This document shows, piece after piece, positions 28,898 through 47,724 of a stretch of 64,000 nt of DNA. The DNA is from the human T2T-CHM13v2.0 reference genome, Homo sapiens. Within the stretch, counting starts at the first letter, position 1, and the number at the start of each line of letters is the position of its first letter. The stretch lies in the NCBI RefSeq assembly GCF_009914755.1, contig NC_060928.1. One strand, 5' to 3'. The notes beneath the pieces were generated by a model. The model was not told the origin of the DNA. It saw only the letters and a program-made list of their open reading frames with translations, and made no database searches. A program made the position numbers and the translations under genes.

Positions 28898-29239
28898 AGA
28901 GTAACAGAGATCATTGATAATTATTTTAGTACATAAAAATAGGCAATATTGACATATAAGCAATATACTTGAAGTGTACTATCATGGAATTATCAAGTCA
29001 GGGTTTTCAGACACATATATATCTTCTTTATTCTTTCATTTTCTCCGTACAGTCTAATCTATCAAACACAATCCTTAAGCCTTATATTCTACCTAAAGAC
29101 TTTCCTGATAACTTTCAATTCATTATTTTTTCTCTTCTCTGTTCATGATTTTATTTTTCAAAATTTTGGGGTACATATTTATGTGGATGAGATAAACAGC
29201 ATTTAATAAAGTTCCTCAGAAATAATAATAGTGAAGAGG

Positions 29240-29540
29240 AACAAGTTAGATTAGGATGCTTTCAGATACAAATAGCAATACTCTTTAGCAAATATTTTTA
29301 AAATAGGCAAATTTTACTAGTTCATACAAGAGAGAGTCCTAATGGAGGGTAGCTCCAGAGTTCTTTAATGCAAAGCTTTAGTCAAGGGTCCACCTGTGTT
29401 TGTTATGCTCTTCTGCCTGTTGGTTCATTAGACTGGCTCTACTCATGATTTCTAAACAAACTGCAAAAGTTTTCCATGTCTTTACTTAAATCCTTTTAAG
29501 TCTTTCTTTTCACATCAAGAGCTTTTCCTCTAGTACCCAT
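29240..29540 (-). mobile_element. Possible ancient MaLR LTR remnant (MLT1K/L-like)
   Basis: TTAGGATGCTTTCAGATACAAATAGCAA...GAGGGTAGCTCCAG resembles an MLT1 terminus but is heavily diverged. Confidence 0.4.
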
Positions 29541-30399
29541 CATCTATAGGGAAATTGTTTGTTTGGGGTAATCAGTATTCACCCCGGGAAATTTAACACC
29601 AATCAGAGTGACTCTGAGGTAAAGCTTAAAATAGCTCCTTGGAATATAAATAAATTTTACTGCTCACTTTTGTCTTTTACTTTGCTTTTCATTTCAAAGT
29701 TGAGAGTAATTTATGTCAAAGGAGGAAGTGGCTTTGACAAATAAACACCTAATTTAACTGCTGAAGTATATGGAGTTAACCTTGCTCAAGGAGACTAATT
29801 TGTTTGCAATCAGAGATTTAAGTCTCTCAGAGTCCTGATGTCTAAACATCAACATCAATAAATAAACTGTCAATTATTAATAGTATATTGGCTACTGCCA
29901 AGGTAAGTAGCTTAGAGATTTTAGCCTCTTATATCTTAAAACAAGCCTTGTTCCTTTCTAACATTATTCTTAAATCCACTGGACAGAGTACCCTTAAACC
30001 GTTCTAGGAAATACAAATGTCACCAAAGTTGCACTTTTTCTCCCTAAGATCTCTATTCACTGCTATTCATATCAAAACTCCTAGTTTTTGATGATCACTG
30101 ATCTCAGTTGAAAGTTAAACTTAAAAATTCTCTAAAAGATGTCTCTGATTGGTCATTCATATTTTAATGCATATTAAATATAATGCCATCTAATTGGTGA
30201 CATTGGAGGAAGAGATATCTGTAGAAGGGATTCCCTTCAATGCTTACTAATAGCTGTTTTAAGAGCTAGAGCAAGATTGTTTGAGCTCTGCTGGAAATGT
30301 ATGTTACATTAATCCTAGATTCTTCAGATTCTAGTTGACAAAGACAAAAAACTATTTTCGACAAAATTTAGATAAAATTTACTTTCACATTTGTTTTAA

Positions 30400-31829
<1,430 letters not shown>

Positions 31830-32843
31830 AAAACGTTATGTATATATGAAACTTTATATATAAACAGCATTTATATATAAAGCATATATATATATGCACT
31901 TAATATATAAAATCCAGGAATCATAATTTAATACAAATGGAAAGAACAGAGAATAAGACTAACAATTAGTAAAATTTGCTTTTTATTACTGACATTGCAT
32001 GTGGAAATGATGGCATCCATATTCTGGATAGGTGGGGAAATATATGAAAAATATCAGGAAGAATATGATCACATTCAGAGGGTCCATTCTCTTGATTAGA
32101 TGCCTGTTTTACTCCTTGACATGCTCACATTAGCAGGTTGTTATCACCCTTGTTCTTAATTTTGGCTCTCAGTCATTGATGCAGCATTTATATCACTTTA
32201 GATAGATTTTATAGCCCATTTCCTTTTTGGCTATGGCTTTTGCCAAGCCAGAGACATGTTAATAGAGGCGGAAAAACCTGTAATTAATCTTAATTGTAGA
32301 CCTAATATTTAGATATTACCTGTTTTAACCTCAAGCTCTTAAGATTTACTTTCTTATTTACAGGCACAAGTTATAGTAAAATTCATTGTTAACAAGAGCC
32401 AGAAAAACACTTTCCCTCCCATCCTCCTCAGCAGTTACCTTAAATCCTTGATTACTTCACCAAGGAAGAAATACACAGAATTTTAAGTGACTTCCACAGC
32501 GACTGTTTTACCCCTGTTGTTACATTAAAAGTAATTCCTTACCCAATGGGACACATTAAAACAAAATATCATCCCCTGAAGAATGTTTAGAGTATTATTT
32601 TGCATTTAATTCCTTATGTGATCATTTAGAATCTCAGTGAAGATTTGTGAACTCTTTGAAGTCAGGCTTCACATAATTTTAAAATTGTGGTATTTGCTTT
32701 AGCATCCTCTCTAACATTAAATAAGCATACTTTAAATCTCATTACACTTTTCTTTCAATAATTGAAATGATAATAACAATGATTATTTTGTGATGGCAAG
32801 AGATCCATATACTCTGCCAATTGCCATTTAAATGAGATCTGGC

Positions 32844-33035
32844 ATACCATTTGACCCAGCCATCCCATTAATGGGTATATACCCAAAGGACTATAAATCA
32901 TGCTTCTATAAAGACACATGCACACATATGTTTATTGTGGCACTATTGACAATAGCAAAGACATGGAACCAACCCAAATGTCTAACAATTATAGACTGGA
33001 TTAAGAAAATGTGGCACATATACACCACGGAATAC
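32844..33035 (+). mobile_element. Orphan internal L1PA ORF2 fragment (192 bp), no poly(A) or TSD
   Basis: Aligns without gaps to 31287-31478 with 7 differences. Confidence 0.9.
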
Positions 33036-33486
33036 ACAATTTTCAATATATGTGTAATATAATATTCCTTACAATAGGAAGAAAAGCCTTTAAGTTCTTT
33101 ATCCTATTATGATTGAATGTTTCCAGTGTTAACATTTAGCCTACATCTATCTATGGGTATTTTAAGGTAATTGATTAGAAGATGACAGATATCAATACAT
33201 CCTTTATCAATAGTGTAACAATTTTTGTGAAAGTCAGTGCAAAAATATAGATTAAATGATCCAGTACTTTTGCAATTGAGACTGGATAAAATATTCTTGA
33301 ATTATTTTTAGGAATTATTCATGCAAAGTATTTTCCTCAGCAGACATTTGGTTGATTGGCCAACACTAGCATTATGTTTAAAGACTTTCTAAATGAAATT
33401 AGACTGTCCATTCAGATACTGGCTTAACAGGGAACAGGTCTAGGCAATCGTTTGGCTTGGACCATGTACAAAACTAATTGGATCAC

Positions 33487-34420
<934 letters not shown>

Positions 34421-34431
34421 TCATGGGTGAG

Positions 34432-35060
34432 AATGACAGGCTCAATAATGTCCCCCACTGCCCTCCGCCACCATGCCCGTGTCGAATTTTAATCCTTGGA
34501 AATTGTGATTATGTTACCTTACACTTTAAAAGGGATTTAAAAGACATAACTAAGGTTATGGACTTTCATATAAGGAGAATATCCTGGATTATCTATGTGA
34601 CCCCAGTCTAATCACATGAGCCTTTTAAAACTGAGCATTTTCTCTGGCTGGAGTCAAAAGAGGTGTAGCAAAAGAAGTCACAGTGGTTACAAATATGAAA
34701 GAGATGTAACCTGCTGGACATGGGCCACAGACGAAGCATGAGAATAAATGTGGCAGCTCGTAGGAGCAAAGGTTGGACTCTACCTAACCACTGGCATTAA
34801 AATGGGGTCCTATGAGCACAAGAAGAAGCTGAATTCAGCCAGCAACCTAAATGACCTTGGCTGTGAATCTAGAACCTCCTAAAAGGGACACAGCTTTGCT
34901 GACATTTTGATTGCAGCTGAATGATACTCTAAGCAGAGTACACAGTTGTGCCATGTTCTACATGGATGTTTTACATATACAATTATGAGATAATAAATGA
35001 GTGCTGCATCCAGCTGCTAAATTTGTGGTAATTTTTTTATCCAGCAAGAGAAAACTACAA
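34432..35060 (+). mobile_element. MLT1E-like MaLR LTR
   Basis: TATGTTACCTTAC...TATCCTGGATTATC...TAATCACATGAGCC...CTGAATTCAGCCAGCAACCTAAATGA...AATTTGTGGTAATT...CAGCAAGAGAAAACTA. Confidence 0.8.
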
Positions 35061-36445
35061 ATTCTATTTAAAGCCTGGGGAAAACCCTTTGCTCTGCACC
35101 CTTTTGGGAATAATGCTATTATCAGAAAAAAGGTGATTCTCAATCTCAACATCTATGTTTCCTTTATATAGATGTTCATTTTCTCTAGAATCTAAAATTC
35201 ACTTTTATATATGTTTTAAGTTTACAGAATATTTTTACCTATAGGATGGAAAATAAAGAAAGGCATATGAGACCTGTCTTAAAGGAGTATCTACGCAACA
35301 AGAAAGCATAGTAAAAGAACATGCAAAAAAAATTCAAGTATAGATTAATGTAAGATATGAATGCAAATGTAAATGTTGTTATACTAAAGCTGTTGGGCTC
35401 AACAGAGAAAATATCTCAGAATTGCTTTAATAAGTTGATGAGGGAATGAAAGAATTCTGAGAAAAGTGTCAGGCATTTGAACATGATGAGAACAAGGAAG
35501 TAGATACAAAATACTAAATCTTGGTGGCTAGAAAGTTATCAAGTCTTTAAAGGGAGAAATAATTTTGAAACATAACGCTTAAACAAGATGCATATAATTA
35601 TGAGTATCAACAGAAATATGTATATGTTATACATTTCTGTACTTATATTTTTAATTAAAAATGTGCAAAAATCTATATAGTTTCATGACGGAATTATTTG
35701 GATTTTTGATAACTAGTTTATATTTTCTTGAAATTACCAAAACAGAGAAATATGTTTTGTATACAAGAAATGTTTAAAACTCTAGAGACTTAAGCAAGCA
35801 TTTGCAAAAGACAATAGTTGTACCTAGTCAGATATAGCTTCCTGTTTATTAGGGAATTTTACAACTACTTCAAAAATAATGTTTCTAATTTAATTTTGCA
35901 AGATTTAAATTTGATCATTTACTTAAGAAGGGATTGTGAATTTAGTTTGTTTTCAGGCATGCTAAATATAATATATAATATATAAAACAAACTTTAGTGT
36001 TTATTAATTATATTAGAATTTGCTTAATTTCTAATAAATGTAGAAAATACAGTCCCCACATTTAATATCTCCAAATATTTTGAAATATTGCTAAAGTGAG
36101 TTAATTCAGTTTATAATATTTTGAATTTTTAAAGGGTCTATTCAGCTACATATATAACAAACCACTGACTAGAGTGGCTTAATCAAAAGTGGATTTTTTT
36201 TTTCTTTTTTTTGGGGGTTTTTTTTTTCTTTTTTTTTTTAATTATACTTTAAGTTTTAGGGTACATGTGCACATTGTGCAGGTTAGTTACATATGTATAC
36301 ATGTGACATGCTGGTGCGCTGCACCCACTAACTCGTCATCTAGCATTAGGTATATCTCCCAATGCTATCCCTCCCCCCTCCCCCCACCCCACCACAGTCC
36401 CCAGAGTGTGATATTCCCCTTCCTGTGTCCATGTGATCTCATTGT

Positions 36446-40263
<3,818 letters not shown>

Positions 40264-40326
40264 TGTGATGTTAGCTTGTTATTTTGCTCGTTAGTTGATG
40301 CAGTTTCTTCCTAGTCTCGATGGTCT

Positions 40327-41344
40327 TTACATTTTGGCATGATTTTGCAGCGGCTGGTACTGGTTGTTCCTTTCCATGTGTAGCGTTTCCTTCAGGAGCT
40401 CTTTTAGGGCAGGCCTGGTGGTGACAGAAATCTGTCAGCATTTGCTTGTCTGTAAAGTATTTTATTTATCCTTCACTTATGAAGCTTAGTTTGGCTGGAT
40501 ATGAAATTCTGGGTTGAAAATCCTTTTCTTTAAGAATGTTGAATATTGGCCCCCACTCTCTTCTGGCTTGTAGGGTTTCTGCTGAGAGATCCGCTGTTAC
40601 TCTGATGGGCTTCCCTTTGAGGGTAACCCGACCTTTCTCTCTGGCTGCCCTTAACATTTTTTCCTTCATTTCAACTTTGGTGAATCTGACAATTATGTGT
40701 CTTGGAGTTGCTTTTCTTGAGGAGTATCTTTGTGGTGTTCTCTCTATTTCCTGAATCTGAACGTTGGCCTGCCTTGCTAGATTGGGGAAGTTCTCCTGGA
40801 TAATATGCTGCAGAGTGTTTTCCAACTTGGTTCCATTCTCCCCATCACTTTCAGGTATACCAATCAGACATAGATTTGGTCTTTTCACATAGTCCCATAT
40901 TTCTTGGAGGCTTTGCTCATTTCTTTTTATTCTTTTTTCTCTAAACTTCCCTTCTCGCTTCATTTCATTCATTTCATCTTCCATTGCTGATACCCTTTTT
41001 TCCAGTTGATCACATTGGCTCCTGAGGCTTCTGCATTCTTCACGTAGTTCCTGGGCCTTGGTTTTCAGCTCCATCAGCTCCTTTAAGCACTTCTCTGTAT
41101 TGGTTATTCTAGTTATACATTCTTCTAAACTTTTTTCAAAGTTTTCAACTTCTTTGCCTTTGGTTTGAATGTCCTCCCGTAGCTCAGAGTAATTTGATCG
41201 TCTGAAGCCTTCTTCTCTCAGCTCGTCAAATTCATTCTCCATCCAGCTTTGTTCCGTTGCTGGTGAGGAACTGCGTTCCTTTGGAGGAGGAGAGGCGCTC
41301 TGCTTTTTAGAGTTTCCAGTTTTTCTGTTCTGTTTTTTCCCCAT
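40327..41344 (-). pseudogene. L1 ORF1 (RNA-binding chaperone), premature stop after 292 aa
   Basis: MGKKQNRKTGNSKKQSASPPPK...YPAKLSFISEG*. The stop at 40466 removes the C-terminal ~46 aa of the 338-aa ORF1p. Confidence 0.95.
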
Positions 41345-42238
41345 TTTTGTGGTTTTATCTACTTTTCGTCTTTGATGATGGTGATGTATGGGTTTTTGGT
41401 GTGGATGCCCTTTCTGATTGTTAGTTTTCCTTCTAACAGACAGGACCCTCAGCTGCAGGTCTGTTGGAATACCCTGCCGTGTTAGGTGTCAGTGTGCCCC
41501 TGCTGGGGGGTGCCTCCCAGTTAGGCTGCTTGGGGGTCAGGGGTCAGGGACCCACTTGAGGAGGCAGTCTGCCCGCTCTCAGATCTCCAGCTGCGTGCTG
41601 GGAGAACCACTACTCTCTTCAAAGCTGTCAGACAGGGACATTTAAGTCTGCAGAGGTTACTGCTTTTTGTCTGTGCCCTGCCCCCAGAGGTGGAGCCTAC
41701 AGAGGCAGGCAGGCCTCCTTGAGCTGTGGTGGGCTCCATCCAGTTGGAGCTTCCTGGCTGCTTTGTTTACCTAAGCAAGCCTGGGCAATGGCGGGCGCCC
41801 CTCCCCTAGCCTTGCTGCCGCCTTGCAGTTTGATCTCAGACTGCTGTGCTAGCAATCACCGAGACTCCATGGGCATAGGACCCTCCGAGCCAGGTGCGGG
41901 ATATAATCTTGTGGTGCGCCGTTTTTTAAGCCAGTCGGAAAAGCGCAGTATTCAGGTGGGAGTGACTCGATTTTCCAGGTGCGTCCGTCACCCCTTTCTT
42001 TGACTCGGAAAGGGAACTCCCTGACCCCTTGCTCTTCCCAAGTGAGGCAATGCCTCGCCCTGCTTCGGCTCGCGCACGGTGCGCACACCCACTGACCTGC
42101 GCCCACTGTCTGGCACTCCCTAGTGAGATGAACCTGGTACCTCAGATGGAAATGCAGAAATCACCCATCTTCTGCGTCGCTTACGCTGGGAGCTGTAGAC
42201 CCGAGCTGTTCCTATTCGGCCATCTTGGCTCCTCCCCC
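41345..42238. promoter_or_regulatory. L1 5' UTR: sense promoter (firing leftward) and antisense promoter (firing rightward), CpG-rich, with YY1 site
   Basis: YY1 motif CAAGATGGCC on the - strand at 42218-42227. CpG is retained relative to the flanks. The ~0.9 kb length is typical of young L1PA. Promoter activity is inferred from known L1 biology. Confidence 0.8.
41788..42003 (+). CDS. ORF0: L1 ORF0, primate-specific antisense ORF, intact 71 aa
   Basis: GCAATGG Kozak context. Translation MAGAPPLALLPPCSLISDCCASNHRDSMGIGPSEPGAGYNLVVRRFLSQSEKRSIQVGVTRFSRCVRHPFL* matches known ORF0 length and sequence. Confidence 0.85.
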   Translation: MAGAPPLALLPPCSLISDCCASNHRDSMGIGPSEPGAGYNLVVRRFLSQSEKRSIQVGVTRFSRCVRHPFL

Positions 42239-43574
42239 GGATTTTTTTTTTCACTTACCATGTTTGAAGGTAGGTGACCCAAGGCTGGGACATGTCTTAA
42301 TATCCCATTCATCTTCTGTCTTTCAGCTACTATAGTTTTAATAGGTGTTTCATAACTGTGAAATGTACATAAAGACAGTTCAGCTATTTCATCCTTTTTT
42401 TCTATATGCCACTTAGGAAAAAGAAAAAAAGAAACAACAAGCCAGAAGTGGTGAAAAGCAAAATATTCTCAGAAACCTTAAACTTTTGTTTAGTGGGCCA
42501 GAACTGTTTCACTTGGATAACCCTAGTTATCCAAGAAAGTTTGAGAAATTTATCGGATAACCTGGGCATACAGCCAGCTTGGGGGAGAAAAAGGAGCTTT
42601 AGTTGGTATGGAAAAGTGAAAGCTGGATTTGGGATTGCATGAGCCATGCATAATGTGGCTTAATAACCTCCAATAAAGACATATTCATGTCCCCATCTTT
42701 AATGTCTAATGTCATACCACAATTATGCATAATTTTATGCATAGCTACTAATTATAATGTCATAAGGCAGATGTGCAAATCCTTTCTTCTTTGATGTTGT
42801 CTAAGAAGTATAACATTTTATCGGTGCTGATGATCAACTCCATATTTTTCATCCATTTCTTAAGAAGTATTTTTGGAAGCATAATTTGGATCTTGGTGCT
42901 CAAGTTTCAGATACAAGCAGGTTAATATCTGGTTACTAGACAGTTATTGGGTAACCACTTAAAATATACATTTTTAAATGTATTAGGATGGAATGTGTCC
43001 ACACATCTGTGGGCACATAGAAGAATATAAGGAAAAATGTAGAAATGCTCCTGGTGAAACAAATGAAGACTTTTTTTTCCCAGCCATGTGGTGTAGCTAA
43101 TTTAAAGTTTGGAATAAAAAATAAACTGCAAATTGTTTGATATTTCTGAAAAACTCAATGCAATCCAAATGGAAGGGAGAGGAAAGGGTTATTAGTCTTC
43201 CAGAAGGTTGATGGGACTTGTAAGGAGGAATTTTGAATTAAATTATAAATACTAGTTATGTTAAATGTGAGTTGCTTTTAGGTGTTTGGATATATGGGAA
43301 TGGAAAACAGCAGATGTCTGACTGAAAAATCAGCATGGGTTGTTGATGCCATGGGGGTGAACTTACTGACAGGAGATTATAGGTAGAAAGAAAAGACAAG
43401 AAGAAATTAAAACTATGAAGAATAGTCACTGAAGGGACCTGGGAATGAGTCAGTTTGATAATAAGAGCAACAACCAAAACAATTAATATTTATTGGTTGC
43501 TTATTTTGGTGCCACTCTTTGTGTTAAGAACATTACAGCTATTAGTAATTACAATGATTTTTGTAAACATATAT

Positions 43575-46122
43575 TTTTTCAAATTTCAGTTTATGTTTAG
43601 GGGTACATATACAGGATTGTTATATAGGTAAATTGCATGCCACAGGGGTTTGGTGTACAGATTATTTTGCTACCCAGGTAATAAGCATAGTACCCAACAG
43701 GGAGTTTCTTTTAATCTTCACCCTCCTCCTAACCTTCACCCTGAAGTAGGCCCCTATTGTTCTCTATTTTGTGTCCATATGTACTCAATGTATACCTCCC
43801 ACTTATACATGAGAACGTGTGATATTTGGTTTTCTGTTCCTGTGTTACTTTGCTTAGAATAATGTCCTCTAGCTCCATCCATGTTGCTGCAAGGAACATG
43901 ATATTATTCTTTTTTTATGTCTGCATATTATTCCATGATGTATATGTACCACATTTTTAAAAATCTGGCCAGTCTTTTGATGGGCATTTAGGATGTTTTC
44001 ATGTCTCTGCTATTGTGAATAGTGCTGCAGAGAACATATGTGTGCATGTGTCTTTATGCACATGTCTTTATTGTAGAACGACTTGTATTCCTTTGGGTAT
44101 ATATCAGAGGGCAGAATTGCTTGGTTGAATGGTAATTCTGCTTTGAGATCTTTGAGAAATCACTAAAATGCTTTCCACAACAGCTGAAATAATTTACACT
44201 CCCCTCAGCAGTATTGTGTTCACTTTCCTCTACAAACTCACCAGCATCTGTTATTTTTCGATTTTTTAAAATAGCCATTCTGACAGGTGTGAGATTGTAT
44301 CTCACTGCGGTTTTCATTTGCATTTCTCTGATGATTAGTGATGATGAGCATATTTTTATTTGTTTCTCAGTCACATGTATGTCTTCTTTTGAAAAGTTTC
44401 TGTTCATGTCCTTTGCCCTCTTTTTAATGTGGTTGTTTATTTATGTGTGTTGATTTAAGTTTCTTATAGATTCTCGATATTAGAACTTCATCAGATGCAT
44501 AGTTTGTAAATATTTTCTCTCATTCTGTAGATTGTCTGTTTACTTTGTTGATAGTTTCTTTGGCTGTGCAGAAGCTCTTTAGTTAAATAAGTTTATATTT
44601 CTCAATTTTTGTTTTGGTTACAATTACTTTTGGGTTCTTCATCATGAAATAATTCTCAGTTCTATGTCTCAAATGTTATTTTCTAGGTTATCTTTCAGGG
44701 TTTCTATAGTTTGAGGTTGTACATTTAAGTCTTTAATCCATCTCAAGTTCATTTTTATCTATGGTTTAAGGGAGGCATCCCATTCCAATCTTCTTCATAG
44801 TTAGCCAGTTATCCCATCACGATTTATTGAATAGGGAGTCATTTCTACGTTGCTTGTTTTTTGTCAACTTTGTTGAAGATCAGTTAGTTGTAGGTGTGTG
44901 GCATTATTTCTGGACTCTCTATTCTGTTATATTGGTCTATATGTCTGTTTTTGTACCATGCCATGCTGTGTTGATTATTGTAACCTTTTAGTATAGTTTG
45001 AAGTTGGGTAATGTGATGCCTCCAGCTTTGTTCTTTTTGCTTAGGATTGTCTTAGCTATTTGAGCTCTTTTTTGGTTTAACCTGAATTTTAAAATATTTT
45101 TTCTAGTTCTGTGAAGAATGTCCTTAGTAGTTTCATAGGAATAGCATGGAATCTGTAAACTGCTTTGGATAGTATGACCATTTTAAAAATATTGATTCTC
45201 CTTATCCATCAGCATAGGATGTTTTTATATTTGTTTGTGTCATCTCTGATTTCTATGAGCAGTGTTTTGTAATTCTCATTGTAGAGGTCTTTCACTTCAT
45301 TGGTTAGCCATGTTTTCTAGATATTTTATTATTTTTGCGGCTATTGTGAATGGTATTGCATTCTTGATTTGGCTGTCAGTTTGGATGCTGTTGGTGTATA
45401 GGAATACTACTGATTTTTGTATATGGATTGTGTATCCTGAAACTTGGCTGAAGTTGTCTATCAGATCAAGGAGATTTTGGGCAGAGACTAAGGGGTTATC
45501 TAGGTATAGAATCCTATTGTTCACAAACAGGAATAGTTTGATTACATCTCTTCCTATGTAGATGCCTTTTATTTCTTTCTATTACCTGATTGCTCTGGCC
45601 AGGACTTCCAGTACTATGCTAAATAGAAGTGGTGAGAGAAAGCATCCTTATCTTGTACTGGTGTATTACTTCATTCTCGCATTGCTACAAGGAATAACTG
45701 AGACTCAGTAATTTGTTAAGAAAAAAGGGGTAATTGACTCACAGTTCCACAGGCTGGATAGGAAGCATGGCTAGGGAGGCCTCAGAAAACACAATAATGA
45801 CAGCAGGTGTAGGGGAAGTAGGCACATCTTCACATGGAGGAGCAGGAGAGAGAGAGAGAGAGAGCACAGAGGGAGGTGCTACAGACTTTTAAACAAACAG
45901 ATTTTGTGAGAACTCTATCTCAAGACAGCACTAGGGAGATGGTGCTAAACCATTAGAAACCACCCCCATTAGAAACCACCCCCATGATCAAATCACCTCT
46001 CCCCAGGCCCCATCTCCAACATTGGGGATTATAATTCAATGTAAGATTTGGGTGGGGACAAAGAGCCAAACCATATCAACCAGTTTTCAAGGGGAATGCT
46101 TACAGCTTTTGCCCATTCAGTA
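43575..46122 (-). mobile_element. 5'-truncated L1PA16-like LINE-1 interrupted by MSTA
   Basis: 3' UTR GGGGTTTGGTGTACAGATTATTT...CCCAGGTAATAAGCATAGTACCC. ORF2 fragments at 44054-44407 and 45297-45524. L1 resumes at 46079 after the LTR. Confidence 0.88.
45662..46078 (-). mobile_element. MSTA MaLR solo LTR
   Basis: Termini TGTATT...CCAAACCATATCA. The 5-bp TSD ACTGG/ACCAG is consistent with CpG decay of ACCGG. Internal 16-bp tandem duplication at 45951-45982. Confidence 0.9.
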
Positions 46123-46159
46123 GAATACATATAATTTTAGAACTGATGAGCAAGACATA

Positions 46160-46455
46160 GGCTGGGATCGGTGACTTGCATCTGTAATCCCAGCACTTTG
46201 GGAGGCCAAGGCAGGTGAATTGCTTGAGGTCAGGAGTTCAAGACCAGCCTGAGCAACATGGTGAAACCCCGTCACTACTAAAAATACAAAAATTAGCCAG
46301 GCATCATGGTCCATACCTGTAATACCAGTTTCTTAGGAGGCTGAGGCAGGAGAATTGCTTGAACCCAGGAGGTGGAGTTTGCAGTGAGCCAAGATTGTGC
46401 CACTGAACTCCAGCCTGAGCAACAGAGTGAGATGGAAAAACAAACAAACAAAAAA
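46160..46455 (+). mobile_element. AluS-type SINE (Sx/Sz-like)
   Basis: Dimeric Alu with GAGGTCAGGAGTTCAAGACCAGCCTG and a (CAAA)n tail. Partial TSD AAC(T/A)GATGAGCAA. Confidence 0.9.
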
Positions 46456-46825
46456 AACAGATGAGCAACAAGTAATGCCATAATGCTTGAATGATGTTCA
46501 GTAAGTGAGTGGTCTTTAATAATGTACCTAATCAGCAATGACAAATATTAAACAAAAACAAAGAAGGTTAAGAATGAAATGTGCTGTATTTCTTCACATT
46601 TAAATGGAAAGCACATGATTTTATAAAATTGCATGATAATATTATTCCTAAATTGAAAAAGCCAACAATATTTTTTCTTTGCTGCTTTATTTTATTTATC
46701 TTAATGCTCATAAAATTAAGGTTAGAAGAGACATTTCTCAAATTTCTAGAATGTTATTTATCCATTTCACCTGCCATTTTTTTCCTTAGTGTAAATATGA
46801 ATTTTTAAACTATTTGATTGAGATT

Positions 46826-47477
46826 TGCAAAGAACCCTTGGCACATAAGGACTACCACCAAATCCCTGAACTAAGAGACTTGACTAACCCCACTATGGTA
46901 TCTAGTAGCCTAATGTGGAATACCTGAAACATCTCAAATCAAGTTCCTTTCTGAGATAGCTCAGGGCTGCCAAAAGGATTTACTGATTGCTCTAGGCCAA
47001 CATCTGAGGACAGATCATTACTTCCATCTTCTAGAGCACTTAGCAACAACTTCTTACACTTGTGAATCCTTCTTCTGTCTCTTTGAGATTTATGTTTATC
47101 TCTTACAACTCAGGAATGTCTTTCTCAAGGACCTGAAACCCATACCTTGGAAATGCAGTCATCAGTAAGGACACGGCCTCTGTCTCCCAGTCACCCTGAG
47201 AGGATAGAATCTTAACCTCTACGATTCCCATCTACCAGATGCAACTAGCCTATTCACACTCACAGCAATCAGCACTTTGTTATTTTTCACTTCTCTTATT
47301 CTATGTGAGTCCTCAGTCACTCTTCCTCTTTACTCTCTCATTCTTCCTTTAAAACACCCATGCAGTCACCTCTGCACAAATTAGGTTGGAGCTCAGCTCT
47401 TTCCCTTTCTGTGTGTAGTTATTGAATAAAGTGATTTCACCACTTTAAGTAGTATCTGGCTTTATTTATCTTTGACA
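46826..47477 (+). mobile_element. ERV1-class LTR (MER67-like), left boundary approximate
   Basis: GTCTTTCTCAAGGACCTG...CCTCTGTCTCCCAGTC...GAGGATAGAATC, then AATAAA near 47425 and an end at TTTATCTTTGACA. Confidence 0.65.
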
Positions 47478-47724
47478 AGCAAACTTACAAGTGCATCAAG
47501 TTTTGAGTGTTGTTAGAATGGTTTTACAATCAAGTAGGCAAAACCGAATAGCTTTTGGAAGTCCTGAGGCAGTTTTCTACTCACTGACAGAAGGCATTAT
47601 TTTCAAATCTTAGCAAACATCATTCACATAACTTTGACTCTGTAGTTGAACAAGTTTAAATTATTTATGTAGAAGACTAAGGGGAGATTGAAATTATGTG
47701 ATTTAATACTATTAAGAAATGTAT

